Source of the DNA: Geosiphon pyriformis uo1
Taxonomy: Eukaryota; Fungi; Glomeromycota
Assembly: GCA_016748015.1 (NCBI GenBank)
Contig: JAAOMT010000200.1
Location: 1 to 59,388 of the forward strand
Direction of reading: 5' to 3'
Length of the DNA: 59,388 nucleotides
Shown: positions 37,881 to 50,818 of the stretch, piece by piece
Layout of the letters: each line of letters opens with the position of its first letter
Position numbering within the stretch: position 1 is the first letter of the stretch
Notes under the pieces: generated by a model
Told to the model about the DNA's origin: nothing
Seen by the model: the letters and a program-made list of their open reading frames with translations, nothing else
Database searches by the model: none
Made by a program: the position numbers and the translations under genes

Positions 37881-38697
37881 TGTTACAAGTGATTATTTCT
37901 GTTGTTGAATTGAATAACAAACCCGTAACTTGGTGCTCAATGGATATAAAGTTGTTAATACTATCTGAAGGTTTTGATGGATCTGAAGATTTTGGTTGAG
38001 TTCTTTGTATAATAGACAGAGATTCAATAGTGTCAATAGTAGATATATTTTCCAAGAGTTTTCTCAATTTCTTTCTCAGCGTGGTAGCCGGATTTAGTCT
38101 GGCAGTCGTGCCCTTCTGGTAAGCTATCTGATAATATATAAAATTCTATTCTTATTTCTGGGTCTTTTACCAGGCTATCCTTGATGTCAATAACTCAGCG
38201 CTTAATCTTTAATCAATTAGTATACAACAACAAATCAAAATAAAATAAAATAAAGAAAGAGAAATAAAAGAAAATAAAGAAAGAAAAGAAATAAGTCAAG
38301 GCAATTTGCAGATTAGTATTCCATCAATAGCCATGATCAAGAGCTATTGTTCTAGCATAGTCAAGTATTAATTACTATCAACATAAAGGGTTGATAGTGG
38401 GGAAGTAGATGGAGATATAAAATATTATTTATTTGATGATTGCGTTTTTAGGCTAAGGATTCTGTGGTGTCAATTCTGTCTTTTCTGTTTCTAATACTAC
38501 TACTATATATACATAATTGAGATTCCTCAATTCTTCGATTCTTCACAACAGGAATCCTGCAATTCTTCGTTGAGAATCCTGAAATTCCTGGAATCCTGCA
38601 ATTCCTGAGAGGAATCCTGGAATTCCACATTTACTATGCTTACTTCTGATTGGCTAATAATTATGCTAATATATTTCTTATATTTCTATGAATAACA
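37881..38697 (-). mobile_element. Solo LTR (817 bp) inserted antisense in Gypsy-2 pol
   Basis: TG..CA termini, TSD ATGT/ATGC, shares U3 and core blocks with the other LTRs; host frame E-E-D-A-T-T-E-K is restored on removal. Confidence 0.9.
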
Positions 38698-41600
38698 ATG
38701 CTACTACAGAGAAAATAACAAGTGGCTGGAAAAGAGAGCATTCACATGTGCTGATAAAGGAGCTGTTATATATACCCCTCAAATACAAGGACTGTAAAAA
38801 AAAACTTTCCTCTATGGGAGCTTGGATAGCCCTTGATAAAGACTATTGGATCAGGACTTACTACTACTACAAGCTATGTCATAGCAAATGCTATGGTTAC
38901 TCAAAGAAACAGGGAAAGTAGGACAATAAACCATGTCTTGCTTATGGCAAACAGTTACTCAACAAAGGAATATGAAACAACATTCCTAGTTGAGGAAAAA
39001 TATGTAACATTTTGTGCCAGTACATGATTTTCATAAACAACTGGGTTAATCATGGCACTCCCATTACTACAGCCTGACACTGAGCAATAACTCACTTGAA
39101 TGGCTACCCACATGATGAAGATAAGATCTGGAAAATGGTAAATGCCAAAGTCAAAGAAGCCACACCTAGTAAAATTCTGGAAATTAAGAATAATTTTTCA
39201 GAACCAGTTGACATCATTTTCATCCCAAATCCAGATGTTTTTTTTGACATAGAGACAGGTCCAGAGAAGTTTTATGAGCACTACCAAAATTTGGCACCAA
39301 CAAAAGAAGAGCAGGAACAGTGTTTGGAAGAAATAAACATCTGATTATGTGACCACTGTTTGATCTCATGTGACTTTTAGTATTGTAATGAATGTGACCT
39401 TATTTACAATCTATTATCACACATAATCTACATGATTTTAGAGAAAGACAAACTAATCAGCAACTGTGTATCAGAATTAGAATCAACTTTCAATTCTGAT
39501 TCAAACTCTGACAATAACAACAACAAAAACAATAGTTCTAGTTTTGCTTAATATAGCAACAAAAATAACAATGATTTGAACTCCGATTCAAAACCCAAAA
39601 CACACATCGCACTGTCTAATCTCACCAAAGAGTAGAAACTTAAATGGTTTAGCAATAATGACGAAAGTATTATGCCAGAATGAGCACATGATACTAATGC
39701 AGAATTTGATTTGAGATATTCAAAGAAAAACACCCTTAAATTGGAACCACATTTGTGCACTTACATTGATCTGAAAATAGTACTGAAAATTCTAGCAACA
39801 ACAATGGTTCAATTAGCATTTAGGAGTAGTTTAGTAAAAAAGAGAATTAACATTAGAGGAGAAATAATTGATATAGGATATGTAAAAAATATTATTGCAA
39901 TACTACAAAATAATTCAGAAAAAGTCTACATTATAGAGCTAATAAAAAGATAGCACAGGCAATATTCCTGTCTCTGGTCAAAATAGCTCAATTAATATCA
40001 GTGGGAAACAGAGAAAAATTAGGGATTACAGCTAAAGAGATACAGGATTTCGGATCCATGGGTAGAATAAATGTACCAGTTAATATGGCAGAGGAAAAAA
40101 TTATTGACAAGAAAGAAATTATTTCCATCTGTCAATCAATTTTTATTCCATCATATGATCAGTACATAGTAGTCATAAAAAGAAAAGTAAAAGACCAGGT
40201 TCAAATTTTTGAGACAGAAGCAACACTTTGTGAATCAGGAAAGATAAGACTAGTCAATTTACACATACCAGCCAAAAACCACAGACACATTAAAATTCCT
40301 ATTTATAACAACACGGGAAATATCATTGAGATACCAGAAAGAACCACCATTGGATACTTAACTACCGAAATTGAAGACCAACTGCCAAACACAATTCCAG
40401 ACTTTCTACAACTGTGTGGATATGTAGATATTACATTTCAAACCATATATGGACAAAAAAAATGTTATCTGCTTCAACCAGAACAATTGGAACAGATAAA
40501 CTTGGGGAATCTAGACTCACTACAACATATGCAGCTTAAGATGTTACTCAACAACTTTAACAACATCTTTGCAAGTAAAAATAAATTTGGCAGAACTGAC
40601 ATCATTCAGCATTAGATCAAGACTGAAGATGCAATGCCAATTAAACAAAGAGCATACAGAGTACCACCAGCCAGCCATGAAATCATTTGTCAAGAAATCA
40701 ATTGAATGCTCGACAATGGACTAATTCAGCCATCAATAAGTCCATGATTATTACCAGTACTAGTCCATAAAAAAAATGGAAAAATCTGCTTTTGTGTAGA
40801 TTACCAGAAACTAAATAGAGTAACCAAAGAAGATAGTTATCTAACACCAAAGATTCAAAAGCTGTTTGACACTTTTAGAAGAAAAAAATGGTTTTTAACT
40901 TTAGATTTAGATAGTAGTTACTGGCAAGTAGCCATGAAACTAGAAAATAAAGAAAAAACAGCTTTTACAACACAAAAAGGGAATTTTGAATTCAAAGTTA
41001 TGCTATTTGGCTTGATAAATGCTTCAGTTACTTTCCAATAACTCATGGAAATTGTCTATATTGGGCTACTATGGAAATCAGTAGTTGTATATTTGGATAA
41101 CACCAATGTGTTCTCCAAAACATTCAATGATCATCTGCATTATTTCTAATAAGTATTTGAAAAACTCAGATGAGCAAGATTGAAATTAAATGCCAACAAA
41201 TGCTTCTTTAGCAAAACAGAACTCAAGTTTTTGAGACATGTTGTCAGCAAAGATGATATTAAAACAGATTCAGACAAGATTGAAATTGTTAAGAACTTTC
41301 TAGTACCAAATAATTTCATAGAATTAAGAGCATTCTTGGGATTTGCTAGATACTACTGCCACTTTATCAAAAACTTTTTCAAAAAGCTCAATTACTATAC
41401 CAACTCTAAACAAAAAACACCAAATATAAATAAACAGAAACTCAGTAAGAAGTTTTTAATACATTAAGAAAAAAACTTATTCAAGCTTTAGTACTAATCT
41501 ATCTGGATCATAGCAAGTCATTCATAATCACAACTGATGCATCTGGTCAAGCATTAGGAGTGGTACTATCTCAAAAAAAAGCAGATGGATGAAAACATCC

Positions 41601-44003
41601 AGTAGCTTATATTAGTAGAAGCTTAAGTCCAGCTGAAAAGAACTATGGAACTCTAGCACTAGAATACTTAGCTATCTATTGGGCTGTCACCAAATAGAAA
41701 GAATACTTGAGTCAAAAGTTTGATGTGTACACTGATCACAAAGGATTGACTTTAATCCAGAAGCAAAAATTTGGAAATGATTGCCATGCCAGATAGAAAA
41801 TAGAACTTTCACCATTTAATTATACAATACATTACAAAAAAGGAAAAAAAACCAGAAATGCTAACGGTTTGTCATAAATGAAACAAATCTAAAAACATTT
41901 TAACACAAAAATATAACAAAAAATGAATATACAAAAATACTAACAACTTCAACATTATATAAATACCCAATTGTTCAAGAAAAAATTATCTTAAAAAAAA
42001 CAAAATAACATAAAACAACAATCAAAAAATTTTATCAACCATCAAAATATACTTTACTAGAAGAACAAAAAAAATTCAGATCAATCAACCAGAGTAATTA
42101 CAGAACCAGAAAAAAAGACAATATTATTTAACATGCACTCAGATCCAACAGCAGGACATTTTCACAAAAAAGCAACCATAAAAAGAACCAGAAAAAGATA
42201 CTATTGGCTATTTATGTATCCAGACATCATCTAATATGTCCAAAATTGTAATACTTGTTAAAGAAAAGAAGGAACAAGACCCAATAAACTGTTAAGACTA
42301 ATCAAAGTAGGACAACCATTCGATCACATCAGAATTGACTTAGTCGGATCATTAACAATAACCAGCAGAAGCAACAGATATATTGTAGTAGCCATAGACT
42401 ATCTCACAAAATGGCCAAAAGCAAAAGCCATTCAAAAGACAGATGTAAAATCCGTTGCTGAATTTGTTTATCAAGATTTGATCTGTTAATACAGATGTCC
42501 AAAAAAACTATTATCAGATCAAGGAATTCACTTTGTGAATAGAACATTGACAGAATTAAGTCAAAGATTTGAGATAAAAAGATCATTATTATCACCATAC
42601 TATCCACAAACAAATGGCTTAGTTGAGAGATTTAACAGAACATTGTGTAAAGCAATTGCCAAGATCAGTCAAAAAAACCAGGATGAATGGGATTTGTTTA
42701 TACTATTAGTATTATTCACTTACTAGACAATGAAGCAAGACATTATACAAACAATACCATTTGAATTAGTATACAATAGAACAGCAATCTTACCAGTTAA
42801 GATAGAAGTCAGAACATATTTAACAGAATCAATAACAGAAGAGAATTTTTAAAGAACATTGTTGAAAAGAACATATGACTTAATAGAAACACTGGAAAAC
42901 AAATGATGAAAAGCAGCTAATAACATCTAAAAGTCACAAGAAAAACAAAAAGAAAGACATGATAACCAACTACCAGATAAACCAGTCAAATTCAAAATTG
43001 GAGACAAAGTACTTTTATATTGTACCAAAGTGGAAAAACAATGGAGTGAAAAATTTGATCTCAAATGAGATGGACCATTTTACATAGAAGAAATTCTAGG
43101 AAATAGAGCTTATAAATTAAGGTTGAACAACAAAATATTAACCAAAGTAGTACATAAAGATTAACTGAAATTATATTAAAACATAACATCAGCATTTACC
43201 AGTAATATTCCACAACTGAAAGCACAGAGAATACTGGTTCAACCAGATGAGATTTCACAAGATCTGAAACCAATCATAGTTATTGAACTAAACATGTCAA
43301 ATTGAACAAAAAAATATATAAAGACACAGTAGATGTGACAAAAACAACAAAAAAAATGGAAATATCAGACTATATTCATACTTTAGCTCAACAATTGTTT
43401 TAGGCCTTAAGTCAACAGCAAGTAAACATAGAAATTATTATCAATAACCAAACAATCTGTTATCAAATCACCAAACAAAAAGGGAAAAGTATGCTATACT
43501 AGCAACCACAGAAACAATTAACAAACTGGTCAGATAAAATAGTAGAGAAAGTAAAAAACACTTTTGAAAAGATAACTATCATAATTCTAACAGAAAAATT
43601 GGCAAAAGAAAATTAGAACCAATATATAGACCAATTTCCAATACTATACTGCTACTATCAACTGGAACAAAAAGTAGATATTCAAAAGTTATATCTTAAT
43701 AAATCTAAGAAAATCTTTAATCAAGAGATAATCCAGAACATTGAAGACATTATTAGAAAGAAAACAAACTTAACACTACACATTAGGGCTATTTATCAAC
43801 TACACACTATATTTTAAAATCACACAGAAGTATTATTATACTCTGACATGAAAACAATAACTATTAACCAATGAGGAAGAATAAACAACTCACAAATCGA
43901 AGAAATAAAGAGCAAGATAGAACAGGCATTACTCAAAAAAAAAGTATTTGACATAATCCAAAATAAAGATTTTGACAGAGCTCAATATTAAAGGAGGAGA
44001 TAA

Positions 44004-44901
44004 TGTTACTCATAAAAAGAAAAACAGATATAGAAAATAGTAGACCAATAGAAGAGTAGTAGTTAGCACATGAGCACATTTCTCAACAATGTAGAGCAAT
44101 ATCAAAAATCACAGCACATTGCTTAGCAATATAGAGCAATGTCAAAGATCACAGCACATTGTTCAGCAATATGGAGCAATATTAGAAAATTAGGACACAT
44201 TGCTCAGCAATATGAGCATTGCTCAAAAAATCATAACATATTGCTTGGGAATATGAACAATCTTGTAGAACATTAATTATGTATATATAGCAGTAACATT
44301 AGAAGAAAAAAAAACAGACCTCTCAATTTAGATTTGATCTAAGCAATCTTTCATTCACAAATATTAATAAATAATTATTCATTATCTTAATCCACTCTCC
44401 ACTATCAATACTCCATGTTAATAGTAATTGATACTTAATCACATTAGAACAATAGCTCTTGATTATGACTATTGACAAGATATTAACATTTATTGCCTTG
44501 GCTTATTTTTTTATTTTCTTTTATTTTTTTTTATTTTCTTTGTTATTTTTTTTGTTGTTGTACTAATTGATTAAAAAAATTAAAGTGCTGAGTTATTGAC
44601 ATCAAAAATAGCCTGGTAAAAGACTTCAAAGAAAGGTTATAACATTGAAAATTTAAGGATAGCTTACCAGAAAGACATCTCTGTTAGATTACTGGTCACC
44701 ATGCTGAGAAAAAAATTAGACAGAATTGCAATTCTGGGAGGTTATTAAAACAACTATTGAATTTCTGTCTATTATACAAAAAACTCCACAACAAAACCTT
44801 CAGATCATAAAAACCTTCAGAAATCAACACCATTATATTAACTGAGCACCAAATTATAGATTTGTTATTTGTTTTGAGATCCCAAACAATCATCTGTAAT
44901 A
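44004..44901 (+). repeat. Gypsy-2 3' LTR (898 bp)
   Basis: TGTTAC...GTAATA; U3 array of ~40-bp units agcacattgctcagcaatgtagagcaatgtcaaagatcac at ~44070-44260. Confidence 0.93.
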
Positions 44902-47900
44902 CCAGCTGTTTTTCCATTAGGTAGATCACTCACAACCAAGATCAACTCACTCAAACCAATTGGCTCTATAATACCAAAAAAGCATCATTCCTAACATAGG
45001 CCAAAGACATATACTGCTGAGACCAAGGATCAGACATCTCACCAAGTACCTTTTTTTTGTGTATTCAACTCTCCATTATCTTATCAACCCCACTTTTCAT
45101 TAGCTTAGGTTGCAGAACCAACTTACTGTCAACCACCAAATAATCTAAAACCACCTTATAAAAAGATCTTTTCAAAACACTTCTGATTATTCAACTTTTG
45201 TTTGTACAAAAATCTTTCATCTTTTTATCAACCACTTTTTTAAAGACAGCCATATTTGCAACTTCAGATTCCTAATACTTGGAAGCACAATATTTTCTCT
45301 TAATACTTGACAAAAACAAAAAGACTTCTTCACTGTTTATTGAACCATTGATAAATAAAACAAACCAGAAGAACTAACTACATTTCGACTTGACCAAACT
45401 GACCAAAGGTGATTAAATTCATAAGTGTTCCCCAAAGAGAAAGCTTTAACCATTCTTAAAACCAAAATTTTCAACTGGTGGAATCTAGAAGACTGCTTAT
45501 TCCTAAAACCAACAAAATTCTTGAAACACATTCTGTAAAAGATACTGTTTGCTGAATCAGCCATGACCACTCTTAAAAGCTTCTACATATAATCTAAATT
45601 ACCTGATTTCTTTGTCCTATAAAAAGAGCCACAAACACAAGAAAAAAGCTCCAAAGAAAGTATACTGAATTCAGTCCATTTTGTACTATTAGCATTCTCA
45701 ATACCAAATTTCCAATAATTTTTATTAACCATCCTGTGAATTGCACTTAAATGGGCATCTAAGAGATCATTCAAACCAACAAAGACTACAATTGATGAAT
45801 AGTTAGTGTCAAAAAATTCATGCACACCCAAAATCTTATATTCAATAATGGTTGGCAGAAGATAATCACTAACTAAAACATAGTTAATTGTCTTTTTAGC
45901 ACCTCTCAAATTACTCCAAGTTGAATATTTAGCAACTAAATGACCCATAAGAAAATTGCATAACCCCAAACCAAAACATTTCTTAAGATTGGCACTATGT
46001 CTAACTTCATTCTCATTGAAATCCCCTTCCAGAATTACATGAGAGCTTGAATTTATATGCTTAGCAATGAATAAATTAACCTCATTAGCTTGACCAAATC
46101 TTACTTGAGCTGAAGCACCAGCATACAAACCCAAAAAAGTGACCAATATCTTCTTACTAAACATCAAACAAACTGAAATAAAGTGCTTAGAGATTTCCAA
46201 GACCATATACATATGTTGTGCCAAAATATTGTTCATAACAATAGCCACCTCAGCATCTGTATAACCAGAATTCAAACTAAAAACAAATATTTTCACATCC
46301 TGAAATTTGTCCTTGATCCAAGACCTAGCCTGTTTCTTAAGCTTAGTCTTGGTAACAATAGAAACTCAATTGTCAGATTCAACATGTCATCTAATAATGT
46401 TCTCCTGTTTTGCTGAATTTTTTATGCTTCTGACATTACAAGTAGCTATTTTTCAAACAAAGTCACTCATTGAGAGAGAATAGAAGCCTTAAAACCCAGA
46501 ATCTACACAATTGATCTAACTTCTTCAAAATCAAGCCAACTGAAGTGTCAAGTGCCACCAATTTTGATTCCAAACTACTCACTTTAAAAGTAAGAATCTT
46601 AAAACTACTTAAGCCCAACTCCAAACTTCTGACACTTTCTATTGAAAAAAAAAAAAAAAAAAACAACTGCAAACATTCAAAACCATATCCAAATTAGCAT
46701 CAAAAGATACAAAAGTAAAAACAACCAGAGAAACAATGTAAGAAGGAGACACCAGAAACACCAGCTCTATGCCATCAAGTTTGTGCAAAATACTGAACAC
46801 CTAATCAGCAAGAAGCTCTAAAAAGCATTCCAAAAAGGCCAAACAAATATTCAAAAATGGGTTATTACTTAAGACAGAAAGAAAAACACCACCCAAACCT
46901 AAAATACCAGATAAAAAAGAACCATAACCAAGACTAAAACCATGATGAGGACCACCCAAAGAGAAGTTAAAAAAGACTACCTGCACTCAAGACTTGCCAC
47001 CAAAGACAGCAGGATGGGAGATAGTGAAATTTTTTTGCATACAACTTTGCCAATTGAAAATAATGTTTATTTGAAGTAACTCTTTTAAAAACCCTAATAG
47101 GAGTAGAATAAGATGCAATTGGTGCATTATACTCCAAAGCAAAATGACCAAATCTCCCATACTTTTTACATCAAATCAAATCCAATCTCACCCAAAAAAG
47201 TTTAACACTACCAAGAATTAGCTTTGTAAGAAATGCAGACTCCAAAAATGTCTCAAATTCAAAACAAATCACAGCACAGTAAACCTTATTGTTAGTTTTC
47301 ATAGACTGGTTAATAACACATGTTTTTTCACCAGCTCTTTCCAAAAGAGTGCCAAGATTATGTGCAGTTGTTTCCATAAGCAGAGTAAACAAAAGTGCTC
47401 TGAACTGATCCTTATAAGCCCAAGTTTCATAATCTTCTATAGCCATAGCCATATGCACTAAATCTTTTCTTATAAAGAACAACTATCTAGATGCCAGTTG
47501 TTCAGTCTGATCTGAATTGGCAAATTCTACCACAGTCTTTTGCCACATGTCAATCAATTAAACTTTGATTGACTTAATATTACCAAACTCTAACATTGTA
47601 GTGACAATCATATTTTTTGGCATATTTATAAGAATTTTCTTAATTACTACAGTTCAATCTGATCTTATTCCTTGTCTCTTAAGATTGCTGTTTATGTTAA
47701 TCCTTTTTTCTCTAACCAATAAAACAGTTATTTCTATGTTTTTTTCCAAAGTAAAGGTAGATCAAATGATCTCTTCAAATTTTGAAAGGGTAATAGCCCC
47801 CCCAAAACCATTGACTGACAAAAATAATTTTCTAACAAGCTGAGTTTTTGCTGTGGCAGATTTGCCTTCTACTGCTAAAAGATTAATGTCTAGAACAAAC

Positions 47901-48551
47901 AATTTTTTAACTGAAACTTCCACTAAAGTTTTGACAATCTTCAGGTCAATCCACTTTTTGTCCAAAAAAATGGGCAAGCAAAGAGAAAGAACAACTTCAT
48001 TATCATTCATATTAAAATTAGAAGAACCAAAAAAAGAACTAAAGACAGCATCAGTATTAATATGCTTAGCCTTGGGAGTATTGGCAGCCAAATTCAGAAG
48101 AGACCCATTATTAATACCAGTTATATTAGCACTTTTTTTATTATTAGACAAACTATTCATATCAAAAAATATGTTATTACCAAGCCCAAACTTGTTCAAA
48201 GAGATATTTTTTTCATTACCCAAGTGTTTAATATTTCTAAGCACAATTTTCTTTTTTTGTGAAAAGAATCCACCAGTAGAACCATAAAAGGCATTCTTAA
48301 ATGCTTTTTTTTTAGTCATGTTGTTATCAGAAACAGTCTCTAAGTTCATGAAAAAAGGGTTATTAGAAAGAGAAATAGTAAAATAAACTAACAGAGAAAA
48401 ATAAAAAAACTTTTTTTTTAAAAATTGCTCTTTGGAGAATTTGGATGAAGAAAAGAAAGAAATTTTGCTTTTTAAGTAGTATTTTAATATTATTAATTTT
48501 AGATAATTTAGTTTTTTTTGATATTTTTTACTTTTTTAAAAGATTTAGTAT

Positions 48552-49515
48552 TGTTATTTAAATAGAAAAACTAATTAGAAACTATAAAAAAATATAATTA
48601 TCATATAAAAACACAAAATAATACGAAATTAAAATAATACAAAATAACATAAAATAATACATAATAATATAAAATAGCACAAAATAATTAGTAATAATAT
48701 AAATAATTAATTACAATATAAAAAAATAAAACAATAATGAAAATAATAAGCAATAATTAGTAATAATAAGCAATTAAAAGCAATTTTATAAAATTAAAAA
48801 ATATATATAAAAATAAATAGTTTTAACAAATAAAAAAAAACAAACAAGAATTAAATCTATTTTAATACTTTATTTTTAGTCTAAAAATTTTTTTACTTTT
48901 TTTTTCTTTATATTCTTTATTAATTAGATAAAATATTATTATTTATTTTATAAATACATAATCTTAATACTTTAATTATTAAAATTTAATTAAATGTTTT
49001 CTCTTATTTTTATTTTAAGCCAAATATAATTAATATAATTACTTTCAGAATTCTAATAACTTAAACCAATTACTCTTAATTATAATAATTAATAGAATAC
49101 TAATTTTTTTTATACTTTTTTTTACTTTTTTTTTATAAAACAACAACATTGAAAATCAATTGTTTTGAAATTAAATTTTATAATAAACTAGTAAAAAGAA
49201 AAGCTTTTTCTAAATATTAAATATTAACTTTATTTTATTAGCTTACTAAAAAAACAAAAAAACAATACTAGACCTTAATAATTATAATTGACTAATATAA
49301 AAAAAACACAACTATAATAATACTACTATAAAATTCATATTTTTGTATTTTATAACAAAAAAACTCAAAGAATAAAACTTTAAACAAAAAAATCTTTAAA
49401 AACTGATAAAATAATTTGTAACCAAAACTGATTTATTTAAAAATTATTCAGTTTTTATTACTAAATTACAAATACCAAACATTATAATTGAACTTTATTA
49501 AATTTATTTATAATA
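48552..49515 (+). mobile_element. Heavily eroded solo LTR (family of the 55282-56300 LTR) in the fossil LINE
   Basis: Starts tgttatttaaatagaaaaact (compare tgttatccgagtagaaaaact); ~10-bp U3 repeats; eroded core hairpin at ~49067-49105; TSD GTAT/ATAT. Confidence 0.75.
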
Positions 49516-50818
49516 ATATTACTTTTATTAAGTAGTTATTTATTTAAAAAAAATTGTTTTTAATTAAAAGTGTTTTTAATATTAGAAAAAATTGGATTTT
49601 TAAAGTCTAATTTTTAATTGGTTTAATTTAACAGTTTATTATTTAGAAAATTTAACTTTTTATTTTAATATTTTATCTTTTTTTGTAGGTTTTTAATCTT
49701 TTAATATATTTAGCTTAGAATTTTTTTTTATAATAAGAAATAATTTGCTTAGTATTAATTTAAATATTGTTAATATTTACATTAATAGTTTTTTAAAAAA
49801 CTTAAATACAATTATTATGAGAGTTAATATTACAGCATTTTTTGAAAATTTAAATTTAAATATTTGTATTAAGATATTTAAATTAGTTTTTTTTTATTTT
49901 AACCAAATTATAGACTATTATATTAACTTTAAAATATGTTTTTTTTTATAGTTATAATAAACTTAGACAGCCAAACTGCTTTAAATACATATTTATCTAA
50001 ATTGGTTTTATTTAACTTTTATAATTATTGTTAACTAAAACATTATTATATTTTGAATATTATTAAAAATAGAAACTTTTATGTTATTTGGTTTAAAATT
50101 AAAAACTATTTAGGTATTTTGGATAATAATAATAAAGTTAATAATTAACTAATATTGAATTTTTCTTGGATTTAATGCTGTTAATTTGTATTTCAAAAAG
50201 ATTTATTAAAGTTAATAATATGACTGTTTTAAAAAATATGTGGTATTTTATTTGTAATATCTTTAAAATAATTAATTATGTTTATTAAAAAGTTGAATTT
50301 AATATTAGAATTTTAAATAATAATTTGCTAAAAAATATTAATTGAATTTAGTTATTTTTAATTTAATTTTTATATAATTATTGGTTTTATGAGTAAAATT
50401 ATAACTGGTTTGTGTTTTTATTTTATAAAAGTTTTGTATTATTATTTACTTATAATTATATAAAAACATTTATATAATAAGTATTATTATAGTGTTTTAT
50501 GTTTTTATTGTAATAAAATTAAGTTTTTTAATTATTTTTTTTGTGTAAAATAAATTTTAACATTTGCAAAAAGTTATTAAATTTGTATACTATTATGTAA
50601 AAATATATTTTTGGTCTATATAAATTATTATTATTATGTATTTAAGAAATAATACCAAAAATCTTTTTTTGTTTTTAAGAATATTAAAATTATTGTTAAT
50701 AAAATTATAAATTTTGTATATAATCTTAGAATAATATATTAGGAAAAAATTTGATTGGTTAATTTTAAATACTATTTAATTATAAAAAAAAATTGTTTAA
50801 TATCATAAATTAGATTAG

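Larger units (their letters stand above)
34093..44901 (+). mobile_element. Gypsy-2: full-length degenerate Ty3/gypsy element, same architecture as Gypsy-1
   Basis: LTRs 34093-34899 and 44004-44901; PBS 34900-34918; gag ~34960-36700; PR ~37320-37700; dUTPase ~39670-40070; RT ~40600-41290; RH to 41892; IN 41923-~43305; ORF3 ~43310-43991; TSD CTGA/CCAG. Confidence 0.95.
30832..48462 (-). mobile_element. LINE-D, full-length degenerate, interrupted by Gypsy-2
   Basis: 13-bp TSD TTTTGCTTTTTAA at 30819-30831 and 48463-48475; (TAA)n tail; ORF1 fragments 46467-48349; ORF2 fragments 45583..46296 (APE), 33524..33928 (RT), 32052..32273 (RNase H) and 30969..31439. Confidence 0.92.
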
